Of a stretch of DNA of 41,151 nucleotides, positions 37,249-41,151 are shown piece after piece. The stretch comes from Hadesarchaea archaeon (GTDB lineage Archaea > Hadarchaeota > Hadarchaeia > Hadarchaeales > WYZ-LMO6). Made by a program: the position numbers and the translations under genes. The stretch lies in assembly GCA_029259185.1 (NCBI GenBank), contig JAPDJF010000024.1, positions 1-41,151 on the forward strand, given 5' to 3'. Position 1 is the first letter of the stretch, and each line of letters opens with the position of its first letter. The notes under the pieces were generated by a model, which was not told the origin of the DNA, did not search any database, and was given only the letters and a program-made list of their open reading frames with translations.

Positions 37249-39555
37249 ATGCTGATGAGGCTTCCCCATCCGGGCTGGTCTGTGGTCGAGGAGGGGGTGG
37301 ATGCGGGGAGGGTGAGGTTCTGGGAAGCGGCGTTCACCTTGGGAAACGGCTACCTCGGTTCCAGGGGAGTGCTTGAGGAAGGTCACCCACGCATGTACGC
37401 GGGCACGTATCTCGCAGGGGTCTACGATAGGGGTGAGGGGGAGTCGTTCGAGATAGTCAATTTTCCAAATCCGATTCCCTTGCAGGTGTACGTTGGGGGC
37501 CAGAAGTTGGATCTCGAGCGAATGGAGGTACTCGAGCATCGCAGGGTGCTCGATCTCAGGAGGGGACTGCTCCTCCGACGTACCTTGTTCAGGGACGGAG
37601 AGGGGTTCAGGTACGAGTACGAATCCTTGAGGTTTTTCAGCATGGCCGAGCCTAGGGTCGGGGTGATTAGGGCATCTCTATCGTCCCTCGACATAGATGC
37701 AGAGGTGGTCGTTAGGTCGGTGATAGACGGAACGACCAAGAACGAGATGAGGGCGACTGGAAGGCCTATCAAACACTACTCGGTGGTAGAGAGCGGGGAG
37801 GGCGAAATGGAGTTTCTCGGCGTGAAGACGAATGACCTAAAGATATCGGTGGGATTCGGCTCGAAGTTAAGCGTTCGCTCGGGCGGGAAACATGTTGAGG
37901 GGTCTCTCACACGCTCGTACTCAGGGAAGGATGGAACGGTTCGAGAGGTTTCGTTCATGGCTCGAAGAGGGAGGAAATACTTGATGGAGAAACTGATTGG
38001 GATTTTGAGATCCTCAAACCAGAGCATGGCAGAACTCAGAAGGGCATGTGAGGATTTTCTCCGTGAGAAGAGTGAACATGGGTTGGGCTCATTGCTCCGG
38101 AACCACACGAGGGCGTGGAGCAGACTCTGGCGGGTTGCGGATGTCGAAATAGAGGGGGACGAGGAAATCCAGCGGGCACTCAGGTTCAACATTTATCACC
38201 TCCTGATAGCCGCGCCTCGCCCGGGGATGGATGCCAGTATCCCGGCGAAGGCGCTCTCGGGGGAGTGGTACCAGGGGCATGTGTTCTGGGACACCGAGAT
38301 CTTCGCCCTCCCGTTCTTCATCTACGTAAGACCAGAGGTAGCGAGGGAGTTGCTCCTTTACAGGTACCGAAGACTTGAGAAGGCACGTCAGGGTGCTAGG
38401 AGACAGGGTTACTCAGGGGCTCTCTGGCCGTGGGAATCGGCTCTCACCGGGGAGGACGAAACTCCGGACCAATGGGTGAACTTCGATGGCACCGTTATTC
38501 CCGTGTACAACAAAGAGAGGGAACACCACATAGCGGGAGACGTGATCTACGGGCTGGCCAATTATTGCGAGACCACGGGGGACGAAGCCTTCATGCTGGA
38601 CTACGGAGCTGAAATGGTGTTCGAGACAGCGAGATTCTGGGCCTCGCGCGTGACCTACGATGGAGGGAAGAAGAAGTACGTAATCAGAAAGGTGGTGGGT
38701 CCAAACGAGTTCCAAGAATGTGTAGATAATAACTCCTACACAAACGCCCTAGCAAGGTGGGCCCTGCGCTACGCCTCGGCGCTCTACCGCGATCTTCGGA
38801 ATAGGTATCCACGGAAGCTGGGGAAGGTGATGAGGAGAATAGGGCTCGAGGAGCACGAGGTCGAGCGTTGGGAGGAGATAGCTGAGAACATCCTCATCCT
38901 CGAACATCCCGGTGGGTTGATAGAGGAGTTCGAAGGGTACTTCCAGCGGAGGGATGTGGTGGTCGAGCGGGATGATCGGGGCATGCCAAGCTGGCCTCCG
39001 GGGGTCAAGATGTCAGAGGTTGCAAACACCCAACTCGTGAAACAGGCCGATGTACTCCTTCTCCTCTCCATCTTTCCTGACGAATTCCCCCCCGACGTGA
39101 AGAGGGTGAACTTCGAGTACTACGAGAGGAGGACCACGCATAAGTCCTCCCTCAGCCTCCCCAGCCATGCGGTCGTCGCACTGGAGGTGGGAGAGGTAGA
39201 CATGGCTTACAAGTATTTCAAAACGGTCGCGAACACGGATCTACAGGACATCCACGGCAATACCGAGCTGGGGGTGCATGTCGCGGCTCTCGGTGGGTCT
39301 TGGCAAGTTCTAGTCCACGGCTTTGCTGGTTTGAGGCCTAAGGGGGGAACGCTCAGGGTAAATCCAATCCTTCCCGCCCATTGGGGGAAGGTGAGACTCA
39401 GGGTCTGGTTCAGGCGGAGCTTGTTGGAGTTCGTTATCGCGAGAGATGGAATCGAGGTTTCCTCACTCGGGGGAGCACGTGAGGCAAACTTGGAAATATG
39501 GGGTAAGAGATACGTAGTGAGAGTCGGAGGCAAGATCCATGTCACTAGGGGATGA
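37249..39555 (+). CDS. Glycoside hydrolase family 65 phosphorylase (kojibiose/trehalose/maltose phosphorylase-like)
   Basis: LGNGYLGSRG, YQGHVFWDTE, LWPWES, GPNE, VKQADV, HKSSLS. Confidence 0.93.
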   Translation: MLMRLPHPGWSVVEEGVDAGRVRFWEAAFTLGNGYLGSRGVLEEGHPRMYAGTYLAGVYDRGEGESFEIVNFPNPIPLQVYVGGQKLDLERMEVLEHRRVLDLRRGLLLRRTLFRDGEGFRYEYESLRFFSMAEPRVGVIRASLSSLDIDAEVVVRSVIDGTTKNEMRATGRPIKHYSVVESGEGEMEFLGVKTNDLKISVGFGSKLSVRSGGKHVEGSLTRSYSGKDGTVREVSFMARRGRKYLMEKLIGILRSSNQSMAELRRACEDFLREKSEHGLGSLLRNHTRAWSRLWRVADVEIEGDEEIQRALRFNIYHLLIAAPRPGMDASIPAKALSGEWYQGHVFWDTEIFALPFFIYVRPEVARELLLYRYRRLEKARQGARRQGYSGALWPWESALTGEDETPDQWVNFDGTVIPVYNKEREHHIAGDVIYGLANYCETTGDEAFMLDYGAEMVFETARFWASRVTYDGGKKKYVIRKVVGPNEFQECVDNNSYTNALARWALRYASALYRDLRNRYPRKLGKVMRRIGLEEHEVERWEEIAENILILEHPGGLIEEFEGYFQRRDVVVERDDRGMPSWPPGVKMSEVANTQLVKQADVLLLLSIFPDEFPPDVKRVNFEYYERRTTHKSSLSLPSHAVVALEVGEVDMAYKYFKTVANTDLQDIHGNTELGVHVAALGGSWQVLVHGFAGLRPKGGTLRVNPILPAHWGKVRLRVWFRRSLLEFVIARDGIEVSSLGGAREANLEIWGKRYVVRVGGKIHVTRG

Positions 39556-40312
39556 ATTCTCCCGCGTAGGTTTCATATGGGACATCGACGGGGTGGTCGT
39601 TGATAGCCCCCACGAGGAGGCTTGGCGGGTGGTCGCCACGAGGGAACCCTGGAGCGTGGATGAGCTCAGTTCGGAGTTCTATTTCACCCACGTCGCGTCA
39701 AGGCCGAGGTATGAGGGTGGGGACAACATCCTGCGTCTGAAGGGCGTTTACGATCGACTCGGGGTCAAGGGGGATATGGAGCGGAGAGCGATCCTCGAGA
39801 GGTTTTGCACCGAGAAGAACGAACTCATACGGGAACTCATAAGGAAGGGAGAGTTCAAGCTCTTCGCGGATGCGGTCATCCAGCTCCTGAGGGCCAAGAG
39901 GGCCGGAATCTTGCAAGCAGCAGCCTCGGCCTCGAAGAACGTGAGGGACATGCTCGTTCGAACCTCGAGGGATAGGATCCTACGCGAGGTGGGCGACGAT
40001 TCAGGCGTGCTTCGAGAAGATGACACCTTGTATTCGGTCTTCGATGTCGATGTGTGTGGAATGGATCTGGGGGGGAAGGTGGAGATCCAAAGATTCGCGG
40101 CGGAACGACTGAACGAGCTCGCGGGTGGGAGGTTGCGAAAATTTGTAGTATTCGAGGACGCACCCTCGGGTGTAAGGGCGGCTAAGTCGCTGGGGTATCG
40201 TGCCGTCGGAGTTCTCCGGATAGGAAAAGAAGAGGAACTACGCGGTGCTGGAGCGGACTTGGTGGTCACCGACCTGAGGGAGGTAGGCGTCGAAGAGTTG
40301 GTGCGCCTGTGA
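39539..40312 (+). CDS. HAD-family beta-phosphoglucomutase-like protein
   Basis: WDIDGV (DxD), ASASKN, VFEDAPSGVRAA; coupled to the GH65 gene. Confidence 0.8.
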   Translation: MSLGDEFSRVGFIWDIDGVVVDSPHEEAWRVVATREPWSVDELSSEFYFTHVASRPRYEGGDNILRLKGVYDRLGVKGDMERRAILERFCTEKNELIRELIRKGEFKLFADAVIQLLRAKRAGILQAAASASKNVRDMLVRTSRDRILREVGDDSGVLREDDTLYSVFDVDVCGMDLGGKVEIQRFAAERLNELAGGRLRKFVVFEDAPSGVRAAKSLGYRAVGVLRIGKEEELRGAGADLVVTDLREVGVEELVRL

Positions 40313-40320
40313 GGGGCCCC

Positions 40321-41151
40321 ATGCGCGTGGCTGTGTACTACAGCAATCGAGATGTGAGGCTTGAGGAATTACCCGCACCGGTGGTTGGTCCAGGAGAAAT
40401 CCTGATGAAAGTGATGGCGTGCGGCATATGTGGGAGTGATGTGCTTGAGTGGTACAGGGTAAAGCAGGCCCCTAGGGTGCTCGGCCATGAGGCCACGGGT
40501 GTGGTGGTGAAGTTGGGTGAAGGGGTGAAGGGGGTTGAGGTGGGGGATAGGGTTTTCGTTTCCCACCACGTCCCTTGTGGTGAGTGTCGCTATTGCAGGA
40601 GAGGTCATGAGACCGCGTGTGAGACTTTGCGCACCACGAACTACGAGCCAGGCGGTTTCGCGGAGTACGTGCGTGTCCCAAAGATAAACGTGGAGCGAGG
40701 GATTTACCGACTCCCAGCGCACATGTCATTCGAAGAAGGCACCTTCATCGAGCCCCTGGGCTGTGCGGTGCGAGGACAGAGGTTGGCAGGGGTGGAAAGG
40801 GACGACACGGTTCTGGTGCTTGGTAGCGGGGTTTCTGGGCTATTGCATGTGCAACTATCCAGGATCCAGGGGGCCAAGCGGATCATAGCCACGGACTTGA
40901 ATGAATACCGTCTGAAGATGGCTAAGAGATTCGGGGCTGATGAGGTGGTGAACGCTGAGGAGGACGTTCCGAGCAGGGTACGGGAGTTGAACAGGGGCAG
41001 AGGGGCAGATCGTGTGATAATTTGCACGGGAGCTCCTTCCGCCGGTGAGCAAGCACTCCACTGTGTGGATCGGGGGGGGACAATTCTTTTCTTCGCAGTT
41101 CCTGGCCCAGACGTAAGCCTGCCTTTCCGTGTAGCGGACTTCTGGCGGGAT
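40321..41151 (+). CDS. Zinc-dependent (sorbitol/iditol-type) dehydrogenase, runs off the window end; missing from the ORF track
   Basis: ATG 40321: MRVAVYYSNRDVRLEE...ACGICGSD...LGHE...CGECRYC...C...EPLGC...GSGVSG. Confidence 0.9.
   Translation, partial: MRVAVYYSNRDVRLEELPAPVVGPGEILMKVMACGICGSDVLEWYRVKQAPRVLGHEATGVVVKLGEGVKGVEVGDRVFVSHHVPCGECRYCRRGHETACETLRTTNYEPGGFAEYVRVPKINVERGIYRLPAHMSFEEGTFIEPLGCAVRGQRLAGVERDDTVLVLGSGVSGLLHVQLSRIQGAKRIIATDLNEYRLKMAKRFGADEVVNAEEDVPSRVRELNRGRGADRVIICTGAPSAGEQALHCVDRGGTILFFAVPGPDVSLPFRVADFWRD

Noticed and set aside
1-41151. CRISPR array or rRNA
   Set aside because: No regularly spaced repeats or rRNA-like sequence; the window is almost fully coding

Overview
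Archaeal (euryarchaeal-type; Hadarchaeota-like is only a guess) chromosomal window with no CRISPR array or rRNA. In order: (1) 1-10735, a type IV pilus locus with class III signal-peptide pilins, DUF2101- and DUF515-like proteins, two convergent MinD-like ATPases, a KlbA/TadA ATPase carrying an Ala1 (class 2-type) mini-intein, and two TadB/TadC proteins; (2) grpE-dnaK-dnaJ; (3) aroA-aroC-aroK followed by a chorismate mutase::ACT-regulator fusion that appears to need a CTG start; (4) AMP phosphorylase, pyruvoyl arginine decarboxylase and thermosome; (5) radical SAM-nop5-[degenerate IS607 element]-fibrillarin; (6) MFS, map, a Trk operon, thioredoxin, DRG GTPase, a divergent ThyX and a V4R protein; (7) an intron-containing tRNA-Gly(UCC) with C33; (8) an LsrF-like/GH65/HAD/Zn-dehydrogenase sugar cluster. 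Three small non-autonomous elements lie outside the ORF track: two related IS5/IS903-like MITEs and a 188-bp IS200/IS605 mini-element that keeps an omega-RNA-like end and regenerates the stop codon it inserted into. The most notable candidate is a full-length TnpB with substituted RuvC catalytic residues, an intact RNA-like hairpin and a broken tnpA, sitting between nop5 and fibrillarin. All calls come from reading the sequence and recalled family motifs; no searches were run.
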